Positions 44,423 through 57,460 of a stretch of DNA of 64,000 nt are shown here, one piece after another (within the stretch, counting starts at the first letter, position 1; every line of letters starts with the position of its first letter). The DNA comes from Macrostomum lignano (Eukaryota). The notes under the pieces were generated by a model that worked only from the letters and a program-made list of their open reading frames with translations, had not been told where the DNA came from and searched no databases. Both the position numbers and the translations under genes were made by a program. The DNA lies in NCBI GenBank assembly GCA_002269645.1, contig NIVC01000142.1, forward strand, positions 434,001 through 498,000, given 5' to 3'.

Positions 44423-45128
44423 CTGAAAAAGTTTTTAGTAGTATATATGCTTGATTTGAATGTAATATTAAAAATCGCATAAAGGTTAGTGTGTTTGATA
44501 CTATATACAAAAATCTTGCATATTACAATAGGGGTCAAATCATAAAAATACAATCAATTACAATTTTTTTACACAATTTTACAAATTTGGATATTTAAAT
44601 TTGACATAAATTTTTGTTACATCCTTGCATTTTTTCTAATATACAAAAACAATCCAAAAAAGATCAATACAAGTGTGGCCTAGCCCAATATTATACTTTT
44701 ATATTTTTATATAGTTTTTATAGGTTAGGACATAGAGATAGTCTATAGCATATAGATAGCACATAGTGCACATATAAGTCAATAATGTGCAATAATTATG
44801 TGCAATAATTATGTGCAATAATTGGCCAAGTCAGCCAATCTGGCTGACCAATTTGGCGGCCAACCAAGGTAAGTTGCAAAAATGCCCACCCGAATAAATA
44901 CCCAAGTAATACTAAGTAGATAACAAGGCATTTTGTCTTAATAGGATAGTCACAGTTACTCCTGCCATTCACCCAAAGCTGCTTAATTCTGCTTTAGGGT
45001 TTTTTACATGTAAGTCACATTTTTGGCCAAAAACGTTCTTTATTAATGTTTATTCTCTATTCTCTATTAATTCTTTATTATGATAGAAAAAAGATATTTA
45101 TATAGATACCTATCTGGTACACTTTGAA

Positions 45129-45305
45129 CAAGGGCGGATCCAGAGAGGAGGCCAAGGGGGCCATGGCCCCCCCTTAACTATGGCCAAAGAAATTTTGATC
45201 ATACTTTTTTGACCTGCTACTATGCCAGGTCTATTTTCCAATATAGGGTTGTAATGCTTGGTATAGCTTTGCCCCCTTCTCAAAAATTTTCTGGATCCAC
45301 GCCTG
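45129..45305. mobile_element. hAT-type MITE
   Basis: TIRs CAAGGGCGGATCCAGA / CAGGCGTGGATCCAGA; 8-bp TSD ACTTTGAA / ACTTTAAA (7/8). Confidence 0.75.
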
Positions 45306-47517
45306 ACTTTAAAATATGTTAGTATACTTAGAATTCCTCATATTCATTACAAATCCTCATATTCATTACAATTGCACTTTTTTAGTATAATATGGTAGTG
45401 TTAAACTAATAAGACTAAGGGACTAAGGGGTAGTATTAAACTAATAACTAAACTAAATAGCATCATCTTTATATGCTTTGAAACCTTAAATTTGAAAGCT
45501 AGTCATGAAACCCCCAAAGGCTTAATGCACAAAATATATGATGTTCCCTTATCATTTATTAATCTTTGCTCCCTTTTCTTTATATTGCTTGCCTTGGCTT
45601 AAGTTCTAAATTCCAAGGACTTAAAAGTTCCTTTTATTTTTTGAAATTGGCAATATTTATTCATCTCTAACCCTTTTTAGATGCTAATCACTTTGTCAAT
45701 TAGCATTTTGTCAAATGGTTGACTATTTGGTAAGGGTAGCAGTATTTGCAATTGACAAAGTGACTATTTGAATTTTGGCAAGGGTAGTAGTATTTGCAAT
45801 TGATGAAGTAACCTTGTTTTTAATTATATTTACTTTGATACCAAATGTATATAGAGAATTGAGCTTGAAAAAAGTATTAATTTGTGATTATAAAAGGTTA
45901 AAATCATATTTAGTTATTTAGATTTATTCATAAATTGTTTATCATTGTTTATTATTCTGTTTAAAAAAACATTTATACTTTATTGTAATTCAATGTTGAA
46001 ATTCAAGTTTTAATTTGAATTAAAATCATTTAAAAAATTCAAACATAGGCCTATGGCTATGTTATATATTTTATTTGGAAACAACACAACATAGTAAGGC
46101 CTATGTTGCACTTTGAAATTAATTAAGGGGGCTAACCTGCTTAATCTGTTTCATTTATATAAAAAAGTTAACAGAAGAAATTTTGGCATAGATACAGATG
46201 CAGCTATCAACATATATACATAATACAATTATACTACAAATATACTACAATACTATATATAGGCCTATACATAACATAATCAAGGGCATAGCCAAAAGGG
46301 GGGATAAAGGCCTAAGGGCATGTTCCCCTGGAAGGGGAATTTTTTACTGCCTTTGTATTTTGCTTCCATTGCTTCCATTAGAGATAGGGCCTATATTTAA
46401 CATGTCATTAGCATCAGGCCCTTGGTCTATAAATACAATAAGACATCATTCAATTAACTATTATTTCAATCTATTGTAGCATAGGCCTAGACCTACAGTT
46501 ATACATACGCCTTACGCCTAATCTCCACTCCCACAAACCTTATCAGATGAAACTATTACTATTAGGCCTACGCATTAACTAATTCTATCCCATGTGTATA
46601 CTGTGTAGTCTATGGAATACAACTGTTATTTTGAGTTTTTAACTCTTTATGGCTTAATTTTTGTATCCTTCAGGCAAACACAGGCAGAATTGCCAGGTGA
46701 CGTCGTCGACATCCTTGCGCTACACACACAGCCAAAAATTAAAATTTCGTTCAAAGGCAATTTCTCTCTTCAATCGTGTTATTAAGGAAAAAGCCAGTTA
46801 ATGTGTAAAAATCATTCTTTTTAATTAGATTTAGTTTTTTATTTTTATATCCTAATAAACAGCCTTTTAATTTTTGGTTAAATCTCCAAAAACGACGTTT
46901 ATTTTTTGTTAAGCTGACTACATCATTTAAAAAAATTGGTTTACAATAATTGGATTGATTATTTACACCTATATCTGCCCAGAAATTCTACTATTAAGTA
47001 ACACCCCACGAATATGTTCTGTAAAACTCATTTAAAAAACAATTTAAAAAAATCTGTATTTACAGCTGCGTACCCTACAAACTCGTTGCCCCTGACAGGC
47101 TAGTGACATGTACGACTCCTTCTCATGACTGATGTATGAGGCTACCCGAGCTAACAACATGTTTTTTTTCTGGGGCAGAAGCAAGTTTTAGCAGCCCAAT
47201 TTAATTTCAATAAAGTGTACCTAATTTGCTAATAGCGGACATAATCAGATACATGTACACATGTACATGTATGCTGGACAGGGGTGTCGGAATCGGGGGG
47301 GGGGGGGGGCTGAAGCCCCCTCCCACTTTTTGCCATGATCCAGCAAGTGCCCTTTTTGAATTTTAAACAAGTGTCGACTGGTTTTGGGCTCTGGCTCTTC
47401 TGAGTCTTGGAAGCTAGTGGGGTATCAGCTGATATAATACCCGTAGTTCATGTTGTTCTCAATCTCCATTCCACTACAGTTTTTATCTACTGTGCATAAG
47501 CCTTGGTGCTTTTAGTG

Positions 47518-48853
47518 CATTGGTCAGCAAACTTTTCACCTAAAGGGCCAGATTGAGAACCTAGCGTGGCGCAATGACTGCCCTTCTGGGTTTGCTTCGC
47601 TGGGCCCCCGTAAGCAAAATGCGCCCATGAGTCCCTGACTGCAGGCAAGAGAAGGGAGAGAGGATAGGGAATAGAGTAGAGAATTATATGAGCGTAGGAG
47701 AAAGGAGAGGCAAGGAGAGGAGAAGGAAAGGAAAGACAAGATAAGAGGAGAGAGGAGAGGAGAGAAAAGAGGAGAGGAGAGGAGAGGAGAGGAGAGAGGA
47801 GAGGGGAGGAGAGGAGAGAAAAGAGGAGAGGAGAAAAGAGGAGAGGAGAGGAGAGGAGAGGAGAGGAGAGGAGAGGAGAGGAGAGGTGAAGGGATAAAGG
47901 AGAAGAGAGTAGACGAGAAGAGAGATAAAATTGGAGAGGGGAGATGGATGAGGAGAGGAGAGACGAAATAGGAGAGAGAGGAGAGAAGAGGGAAGGGAGA
48001 AGAGAATGGAGAGAAAAAGTAGAGGAGAGATGAGAGGAGAGAGGTGAGGAGATGAGAGGAAAGAGAGGAGAGGGGAGGGGAGGAGAGGAGAGAATAGGAG
48101 AGGAGAAGGAGAAGGAAAGGAAAGACAAGATGAGAGGAGAGAGGAGAGGAGAGAAGAGAGGAGAGAAGAGAGGAGAGAAGAGAGGAGAGAAGAGAGGAGA
48201 GAAGAGAGGAGAGAAGAGAGGAGAGGAGAGGAGAGAAGAGGAGAGAGGAGAGGTGAAGGAATAAAGGAGAAGAGAGTAGACGAGAAGAGAGATAAAATTG
48301 GAGAGGGGAGATGGACGAGGAGAGGAGAGACGAAATAGGAGAGAGGGGAGAGAAGAGGGAAGGGAGAAGAGAATGGAGAGAAAAGGGAGAGGAGAGAGGT
48401 GAGGAGATGAAAGGAAAGAAAGCGAGGAAAGGAGAGGGGAGGAGAGGAGAGGAAGAGGAGAGGAAAGAAAAGATGAGAGGAGAGAGGAGAGGAGAGAATT
48501 GAGAGGAGAGGAGAGAGGAGAGGAGATGAGAGAGGTGAGGAGAGTAGAGAGGAGAGGAGATGAGAGAGTTGATGAGAGGAGGGAAGAGAGGAGAGAAGAG
48601 GAGAGGAGAGGAAAGGAGAGAGGAGAGGAGAGAGGTGAGGAGAGGAAAGGAGAGAGGAGAGGAGATAGGTGAGGAGATGAGAGGAGAAGAGAGAGGAGAG
48701 GAGAGAACAGGAGAGAATATGAGAAGAGAGCTGAGAAGAGACAAACATCGAGCGGGCCGGATTGCTATTGTGAAGATTTAAAGGATCTGAGGGCCGGATA
48801 GAGAGGCTTTGCGGGCCACATTTGGCCCTCAGGCCGGAGTTTGCCAACCCCTG
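47518..48853. mobile_element. hAT (Charlie/Buster-like) non-autonomous element with an internal ~1-kb purine tract
   Basis: Ends CATTGGTCAGCAAACTTTTCACCTAAAGGGCCAGAT and GCGGGCCACATTTGGCCC...GTTTGCCAACCCCTG (MER58-like); TSD TTTTAGTG / TTTTAGTA with central TA. Confidence 0.75.
47695..48740. repeat. (GAGAG/GGAGA)n purine-rich simple repeat
   Basis: Direct inspection; includes an internal ~340-bp duplication. Confidence 0.95.
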
Positions 48854-49429
48854 TTTTAGTATTCAGCCCTTTCACTTTTGGCGTCTCTGATCGAAATTCC
48901 GAGTGCGCCGCAATCCCAAGACCTCAACCGCTGCTGGCGCTGCAACCAAAATTGCTAAAATGCCGTCAGCTAAAAGAATAAAGAGACAGTGCCAAGAGGA
49001 ACTGAAGGATTTTACTATATAAATTGATAATGCAATTTTCGCAATTAGTTGCGCGATGTTTGAATCAGTTAAAAATTCAAACATTTTCAGACTTTTGGCC
49101 ACTTCCAACTCAAAATTGAATATCGGCCTGGTTGTCACAATTTCACAAACTGATACAACAGCAGGAGTTTGGGTGCCTTTAGATTTAAAGAAATTATTTG
49201 CAATGTGCCCTCCCATCAATAGCCCCCCCCCCACTTGCAACTTTCCGGTTGACATCAAACGACTTTCAGCAGGCAAACTTTCCCGGCCCTGGCAACTTTC
49301 CGACTGGCAACTTCAGCTGGCAACTTCCAGGTTGGCAACTCTCCCACGCCAAACATGCAGTACATGTGCATACGCGCGTGTGTACATGTACGTACTGAAC
49401 TAAAGTACATGTACATGTACATATACTGC

Positions 49430-50020
49430 TGTCTGTCGCGTCGTCGCGGGGGGGGACAGGGGCTGGTCCCTCTAGTAAAGAATGGGGGGGACATGACAAT
49501 TATGCTTGTCCCCCCTTCACCCCACCTTAATTGTGGCGCGTTTTGGAAATCAATTTTGTTTCAGGACGCTAAAAAGGAACTGTGGCGCTGAAATATGAAG
49601 TGCCTTCGGCGCTAAATGCGTGTTCTGCGACGTTAAAATGAGCTCAACAACACCGGCCGATTCTCAAAATACATGTACTGTATACATGTATGTAGCTTTT
49701 CAAAACATGTACATTGAAATTTAGTCATGTACATGTAAAATTCTTGGCTCTGCTGCCCCCCCAGCATAAAATCCATGGCGGCCCACCTTGTGGCCCGTTG
49801 TGGAAATCAATAATTTTGTTTCCGGACCGTGCTAAAATTTAGCACCTGTGGCGCTAAAATGATAGTGCCTTCCATTCGGCGTTAAAAAAATAAGTGCGAA
49901 GACAACACCGACTCTCAATATGTAGATTCTCAAATCATATGTGTAGCAATTTAGTCATGTATACATGAAATTCTTGGCTTTGTCTCCCCACCAAAAAATC
50001 CATGGGGACGACGCCCCCCC
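49430..50020. mobile_element. Degenerate MITE copy (family of 63233-63710) with an internal duplication
   Basis: Shares GGGGGGACATG, GTGCCTTCGGCGCTAAA and CATAAAATCCATGG with the reverse complement of the 63233 copy. Confidence 0.55.
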
Positions 50021-50343
50021 CGTGTGTAATGTACCATCGTTACACATTACATTGTACAATTTGCGCACATACATTTACATGCATAATATATTGCTCTGAT
50101 GGTAGCATAATAACTAATATACAGGTGGAAGTTTTGTGAGAGACACACTAGTACATGTTGTACATGTATGTGCCCTCTATTCTTGATCCATATAAATGTA
50201 TTTCGGTGAAAAAAATGAAATGTATTTTTACATAGCAACAGAATAAAGCTTGCTGCATCGAGATGTACATGAATGTTTAACCCCACATATTTACACGACA
50301 AAATATACCACCACAGAATGTATACTACTGTACAGGTCAAAAC

Positions 50344-50359
50344 GGCCCTTTTCAGGGCC
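50344..50359 (+). other. Orphan perfect histone 3' stem-loop
   Basis: AAAACGGCCCTTTTCAGGGCCAC with no histone CDS upstream. Confidence 0.85.
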
Positions 50360-50800
50360 ACTAAATTTAATAAAGGCTTATACTCAATACTCATCGCTGC
50401 ATGGACCTTGCAATCACTCTCGTTAGTTGGGATATGGTCTAGTTAAAATAAGTACACTGTACACCGCTTTTGTGTAATTTTATGGCATAATATGGAATTA
50501 CATGTATGTTGTAGTAGGAAGACATGTAGCTCGTAGATATATTTTTGTCGTCATTGAATTGTGGCGAATATAAAATATATATGATACAATTTCTGACAAT
50601 TAGGCTTATCGACCGGCTTCTCAACTCTCTTGACCTGAGTTTGAACTTAAAGTGGAAGACCAATTCACAATTTTCCTTTCCGAACTTATACCGATTACCG
50701 AGTCGAGTGTTCAACAACTTACCCTCCACTGGACTTTTTCAGCATAAGTTCTGGTCATTCTACTTAAAGTAGTAGTATAAATACAGCTGAAGAAAAATAA

Positions 50801-51385
<585 letters not shown>

Positions 51386-51467
51386 GTTGCCGCGTTAGCA
51401 GCTAAGTGACTAGATCAGCAGTAATACTGCTGAGTTAAGCTGTCGATAGAAACCTGAACGTTAAAAC

Positions 51468-51483
51468 GGCCCTTTTCAGGGCC
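51468..51483 (+). terminator. Histone 3' stem-loop of H3
   Basis: GGCCCTTTTCAGGGCC. Confidence 0.95.
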
Positions 51484-53306
51484 ACCACATTTAATGAAAT
51501 CTTACTCGTCTGGGGTGTGGTCTGGTTAAAATGAGAGGAATTATTAGTACGAATCGTACTATGACCCTTCATTTACACTGATACTAAAGCCGGTCAAGCA
51601 GAACAAAAGCATTATGCCAATTACAAGCACGTAGCTCTACTCTTGCATTTGTGTATATAAATATACGATTTCTAACTACACCTTCCAAGCACAATTTTAT
51701 TTTTAGGCTAACTTAGTTACTGCCAACAATATTGTAAAATTGTAAATAGGTTGTGTGGATGATTTTCATTCGCTTGTATTGTATAGTAAAGTGCTTGTAT
51801 ATTCTGCAGCTTGCTATGTTAGGTCTGAGCATCTTTTAAGGTAGTTACAGCATGACTAATATATCCAAAATTTCTAAATCCATAATATTGAAAATTGCAA
51901 TGCGTACAATAATAAGATAAGTCACTGACTCTTACAATAGTATACTTTAAACTAAATATTTAAACAAACCGTACTGTACTAAATCGTTCAAGCTTTTCAT
52001 ATGGTCTGTTCCGTTTTCAGAATCTGTTCCAGAACCGTGTTCTAGTTCTGGTTGAGATTAGATCGAGAAAATTTCTGGATCTGTTGTCATGTTTACACAT
52101 GTTTACAGTAAAATATATTTGAAATCGTCAATTAATCTGTTTTTTTTCATATCCAAGACTGGCAAGAGGAAACAAAGACAAGGAAAGACAAATTATAAAG
52201 ACTGACAAACAAAATCGGTTCGAACTCGTCGAAGCTTTTCATTTTCCTACCGCGATTCTGGTTTCTGGAATCGGAATTATTCTGGTTCTGGGACTGGAAC
52301 CAATCTTCGTGAAAAGCATATTTTTGAGTTTGAGTTTTGCAACTCAAAAGTTCAATCCCAAAATTTACAAAGTACATTTATTACCGTAATAGGCCTTGGA
52401 AATAAAATGCTGTTCAACTTATTGTTTACAATCTTAAACTGGTAGTTAAAGAGAAATCTACTACTTAGTCTAAACTCAAAAGCTACGGTAAGTTGCCTGT
52501 TCAGTCTATTACACTACACATTCATTCGGCAGGCAGCAAACCACTCGCCAATCGTTTTGACAATTGCCGATGTATAGAATGCATCGGGTCATGTCCCCAG
52601 TGTCCCCCTGGGCTACGCCCCTGTGCACATTCAAATGGAAGTGATTCTTCCCCAGGACTGAGTACTCGTCGTATTAAACTCGCAGTACGCGTACATTACG
52701 ACTACCCTGAATACATGTGTATGCATGTATGCTTTAGCATGTACCTGCAATAACTTATTAAAGGTTATTAATTAGAGTGTTTTGTTTAATTCAAATAAAA
52801 ATAGCATTTGTTTATTCAATTTTATTGAATGAATCTGGCGACATTCGACAAGACAACTTAACCAAGTTAACTACTAAATCCCCAGATTAATTGGGTCATT
52901 AATTAGCTTTATTAGTAACTTCCGACTTGTGATGGAGTGAACTTGCCCATCAAATTCTGTTTTTTTACTAATGGAAGTTAAACGCAGTACATGTAAAACA
53001 GAGAGCATTCAAGGCAGAATAGTTGAATAGATTTATTTAAGTTGGATTGCAGAAATAAACGTGCATTTAAATTAAGTTTAACAACTTGCATGTAAGCTTA
53101 CTGTAAGTAGAAAGAGACGAACATTAAATTGTATTTAATCAGATGATTCTCTTTCAGCCAATAAGAGAGCTGGTCGTTGCCTAGGCCGTTGCTAAGAAAA
53201 TTTCTGTGTTGGATTCGTATATATATGTTAGGCCTGTCGCTTTAAATCTTAAATCAACGACTTCACTTCATCTCTAGTCTTCAAGTTCAATTCAGAAGAA
53301 TTCAAC

Positions 53307-53687
53307 ATGTCTGGACGTGGCAAGGGTGGCAAGGCCAGGAGCAAGGCAAAGACTCGCTCGTCTCGCGCGGGACTGCAATTCCCGGTCGGCCGTATTCACC
53401 GTCTGCTGCGTAAGGGCAACTACGCTGAGCGCGTTGGTGCCGGCGCTCCGGTGTACCTGGCCGCTGTGCTGGAGTACCTGGCTGCCGAGGTGCTCGAGCT
53501 GGCTGGCAACGCTGCTCGTGACAACAAAAAGACTAGGATCATCCCACGTCATCTTCAGCTGGCCATCCGCAACGACGAGGAGCTGAACAAGCTGCTGAGC
53601 GGCGTCACCATCGCTCAGGGCGGCGTTCTGCCCAACATCCAGGCCGTGCTGCTGCCTAAGAAGACAAAGGTGCCCGGCAAGGCCTAA
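53307..53687 (+). CDS. H2A: Histone H2A, canonical type
   Basis: Full 126-aa H2A, intronless; CCAAT near 53158 and TATA-like element near 53218. Confidence 0.99.
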   Translation: MSGRGKGGKARSKAKTRSSRAGLQFPVGRIHRLLRKGNYAERVGAGAPVYLAAVLEYLAAEVLELAGNAARDNKKTRIIPRHLQLAIRNDEELNKLLSGVTIAQGGVLPNIQAVLLPKKTKVPGKA

Positions 53688-53782
53688 TAAGTGTGGCTCT
53701 GCACCGGAACTACCAGTGACCAGACTGCATTTAGTGGCGTCTAACCTTATTAAATGACGCAATAAATCACGAACGCTAAAAC

Positions 53783-53798
53783 GGCCCTTTTCAGGGCC
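53783..53798 (+). terminator. Histone 3' stem-loop of H2A
   Basis: GGCCCTTTTCAGGGCC. Confidence 0.95.
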
Positions 53799-54311
53799 AC
53801 CAAACTCGCATGATGTCTGACAGTCTCATTAGACTCTTAGAGTCGAGTATTTTAACTTGATCAAAATCTAATGTAAAGGCTAGGTTAGCATGTCCTGAAA
53901 TTTAGCCTATTACGGCAAAAGAGCAATGCTCAATAAGAAAATATGAATAATTATTAGTAAGTTAACTCCTGTCAGGTAGCCAAAGACCCAAGCAGTTGGT
54001 ATAATTTCGTATTTAATTCCGTAGGGCTTACGATCTGAAAAAGATCTACTAGAATTAGATCTTGCTAGATCTCTTAACCCTGCCCTGGTTCACAACTTAG
54101 CAGTGCAGTTTCATTTTGACAGTACACGCTAAAAGCCTAAAACTAAAACTAAGGCTCTTCCACATTGCAATGCCACCATTCATCAAGTTAACTCAATTTG
54201 ACACCTCACAAAATTTCTATTAGTAAACACTGATCACGCTTTCATAAATTTTTACTGGTGATAAAATGGGTCTGGGGTCTGTTAGTTTGTGATGTGACTG
54301 ACAGACAATTT

Positions 54312-54327
54312 TGCCCTGAAAAGGGCC
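54312..54327 (-). other. Orphan histone 3' stem-loop (one terminal mismatch)
   Basis: Minus strand AAACGGCCCTTTTCAGGGCAAAA; no histone CDS upstream. Confidence 0.75.
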
Positions 54328-57300
54328 GTTTAACTAACTTGACTGTTAGGTTTAGGTGTTTAGTGATGATGATACGACGCCACGCCACTATCAGCAGACG
54401 TTACTGTCGGGCCGTTTAAGTCATCTGTTTTACATTATCGATCTAGCAGTTCACACAATGTCAATCATAAATAATAAATGTAATATTAGAATAACTGGTA
54501 TATATTTGTATAATACTATAGTACTATATAATAATAATAGTATAGTATAATAATACCATATTTATTAAAACAATTGCCTGAACGATCATAAATGAATCGT
54601 TTTTCCTGCGTACGTTCTAAAAATACCCACGATTTTCCATTGGGGGGTCAATTGAAAGACTCGCTGCTTCAATTCATGCTGAGAGTGACATGCACACCGG
54701 AATGCCCAATTGCGACAATGACGTTTTCGGAGGTCAGTCGCTGATGAAAACATGTAACAGAAATCGGTACTCTGCCTGGTGGCCCCCGCGCCACAGACCT
54801 CCGTCACCTCTCATGCACCCCCTAAAAACCCTGCGTACGCTGCAACAAAAATACCTATTTGGAGACGTCTAACTGTAGTTTTGTTATCCGGGCATATCTC
54901 CTTTATCTTACTCTTGTAGGAAAGTTTCGTGTTTTTCATTTTTCGGACCAACATTCAGAATTTTTTGGGATTTATACATGTACATGCATTTTGCCTACTG
55001 CCTGCTGGGGGCCGATTTTGATTACGATAGCCTGGCTACTTTTCACTTGCTTTTGCAGAGTGCTTTATCTCAATTTTTGACAGCTTCACGATGTACAGCA
55101 TGATCCTCTATAGCTCCTGTTGCTTTTGACGCATGACTGGCGGAGGCATTATATTGCTTAGATTTTTCCCTGTCCCTGTTAAGTTTCCTGAAAATTTCAG
55201 GTCCCGACGGAGAGAGAATTTTGAGGTTTTGGGAGGCCTTCAAAACCGCTAAAAAGACTAGCTGCGAGAAATGAAAGCGAGTTCGAAAAATTTAGCGATT
55301 ATGAAGTTTCGCGTTTGTGATGAAGCAAGTGCTTTCTTTCAGCGGTTATGAAATTTCGCGTTTTTTAAACCTATGCACTTTCTGGAGCTCAGCCAATCAG
55401 AGTCCAGCTAGTCATCCCAGGATCGACCAATCAGAAAATTCAACATTGAGTATAACAAAACGGCTGGTCCAGTCAGAAATCTCTTGATATACACCGCGGC
55501 CTCTCGCGGGGATAAAAATGCGCCTTGAATTGGATCAGCGGTGATTACTGTACATGTACATGTATGTATTCAGAGACAGTCGCCCTGCATGCAGCTAAAC
55601 TTTAAATGCTCAAAACACCAGATCAGTTGCACTTTAGAATGATATAATTTTTCGCCAGGTTGTTCGAATTGGTCTTTAAAACATGATGCAAAGTTGGGCG
55701 CTAATCTACATGACATGTAGGAACGGCAGGCCCGTGTACCATGTAGAGAAACGGCTTAATTTATACGCAATATTTAATTGCAGTCAAAATGAATATTTAA
55801 GTTTCAGTTATTTCAATTATTGCTTCGACAAACGGTTTACTATAGCTGCTATAGTTACTTGCACAGCACCACAGACTGCATGTACTGAATCAGCTAGGGT
55901 ACAGTTTTTCGCCAAGCACATGGTCCCAAGAGCACTAGTGTAATTAGAAAAAAAATAAAAAAAAACAACGCAGATATAGCACCAATTTTGTACAACTGAC
56001 AAAATTTAACACATTGTTTAAAATTGACCAATATGTTGAATTAATTCCTTGTTTATTTAAATGCTGTGCTTATTTAAGCCTTGAGTGCCTCACAAAGGAA
56101 CAGGCAATCACATAATACCGTGTACATGGAGAAGAGCTAGAGGGATTGTGGGAAGAGAGAAGAAAGGCCGGGGAACATGAGGAGAATGGTAAAGAATGAG
56201 GATAAGGTTTTCGATGTGATAAAAGAGGAAAAAGAAGAGAAACTAGTTAATAGTAAGAGAAATCAAATGAGGCAGAAGATAGAGATTTGAAAATTTAGAG
56301 TAAGAGGGAAAGAATGAAAAGAGAAGAGGAATTGGGAAGAACAGCATTGGGGGCTTGACCATCTATCAGGAGTGAGAGGCCAGAGCGCTAAGTGATTCGT
56401 GTCTGCATACCCTCTGAGGCCCAAAAATCCTGCGTTCTAGAAGAAGGCCCCCCCCCCGAACCATGATCACATATATGCAACTGATGAAATAAAGTCTGCA
56501 GCTGGCAAATGTCGTTTTGCTGAAAGTCACAAAAGGCCCTGTGCGAGGGTTGGGTGTAGCACGTGTGTACATGTTGTATGCACAATATCCAAGCTGTACA
56601 GTGTAGTAGTGCTCAGGAGTCAGTGGAATGGGTTAGAATTGCTATAGTTGTGGGACGAGGTCGACGATGTCAGGGTGCACACAGACCTATTTATATTATA
56701 GTATTTATGTAGTAAAAGTTCAACATCACAATAATGCACGTACATGTACATGTACATGTAAGATCACATATGCCATGCCATGCAATGTACATGCTACAGG
56801 TTTTACATGTAGTTCATGTATTTTTAATGTAAATGCATGTGCATGTGATGAGGACCACACCTAAAAATCTTAGAATTGCACCAGAATTCTCATCTCATCT
56901 TATCTTACAGTTATAGTAGTCTACATGTACATGTGGCTCAGGGTTTTTCTTTATTTCTCTTTATTTCTTTATTTTCTTTATTTCTTTATTTTCTTTATTC
57001 TCGGACCTATTCTAGCTATCCAGGAAACTGTAGTGTACAACGCTTGAACCAAAAAAAGTTTTTTAAACTCCAAAAAACACCCCCGAAACAAGACGCATCT
57101 TAGATCGACATGAAATTGCCGGAGAAAAAATCGCTGATTGAAAATTGCGACAAAAATAATGGGGCCACAGTATGGGTTTTATTACTGACGCGACTAAACT
57201 AAAAAGTGCGCGGGCGAGGCGGACACAGGTTAGGAAAAAAAAAGCATCCATAACAACTCGTAAGAGGGAGCTGCTCTGACAGATTTACACTCAAACTGCT

Positions 57301-57460
57301 GCAAGATTTCTGACTGTGCGAATACCACGGAATCGGGGGTTCGGGGGATGTACGGGAGACAATGTTATTTTAGAGAAAATAACCGACACAGCGCCGTCCA
57401 AAGCGGACGGTTGGAAAAAAACTAGGGTTAAACATTTTATTAATACCCCTCATCAGCCGG

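Noticed and set aside
46640-46760. GC-rich patch with ATGTCGACGACG as a possible first exon of eIF3f
   Set aside because: No convincing donor gives an in-frame join to the 44422 acceptor; only weak GTGTTT or GC donors to an alternative acceptor work. Kept as the alternative to the SL-AUG hypothesis.
48872-49276. 134-aa minus-strand ORF
   Set aside because: AT-rich codons, no recognisable motif, starts inside repeat DNA.
54590-55540. Possible DNA-transposon remnants
   Set aside because: No TIR pair, TSD or coding remnant could be established by eye.
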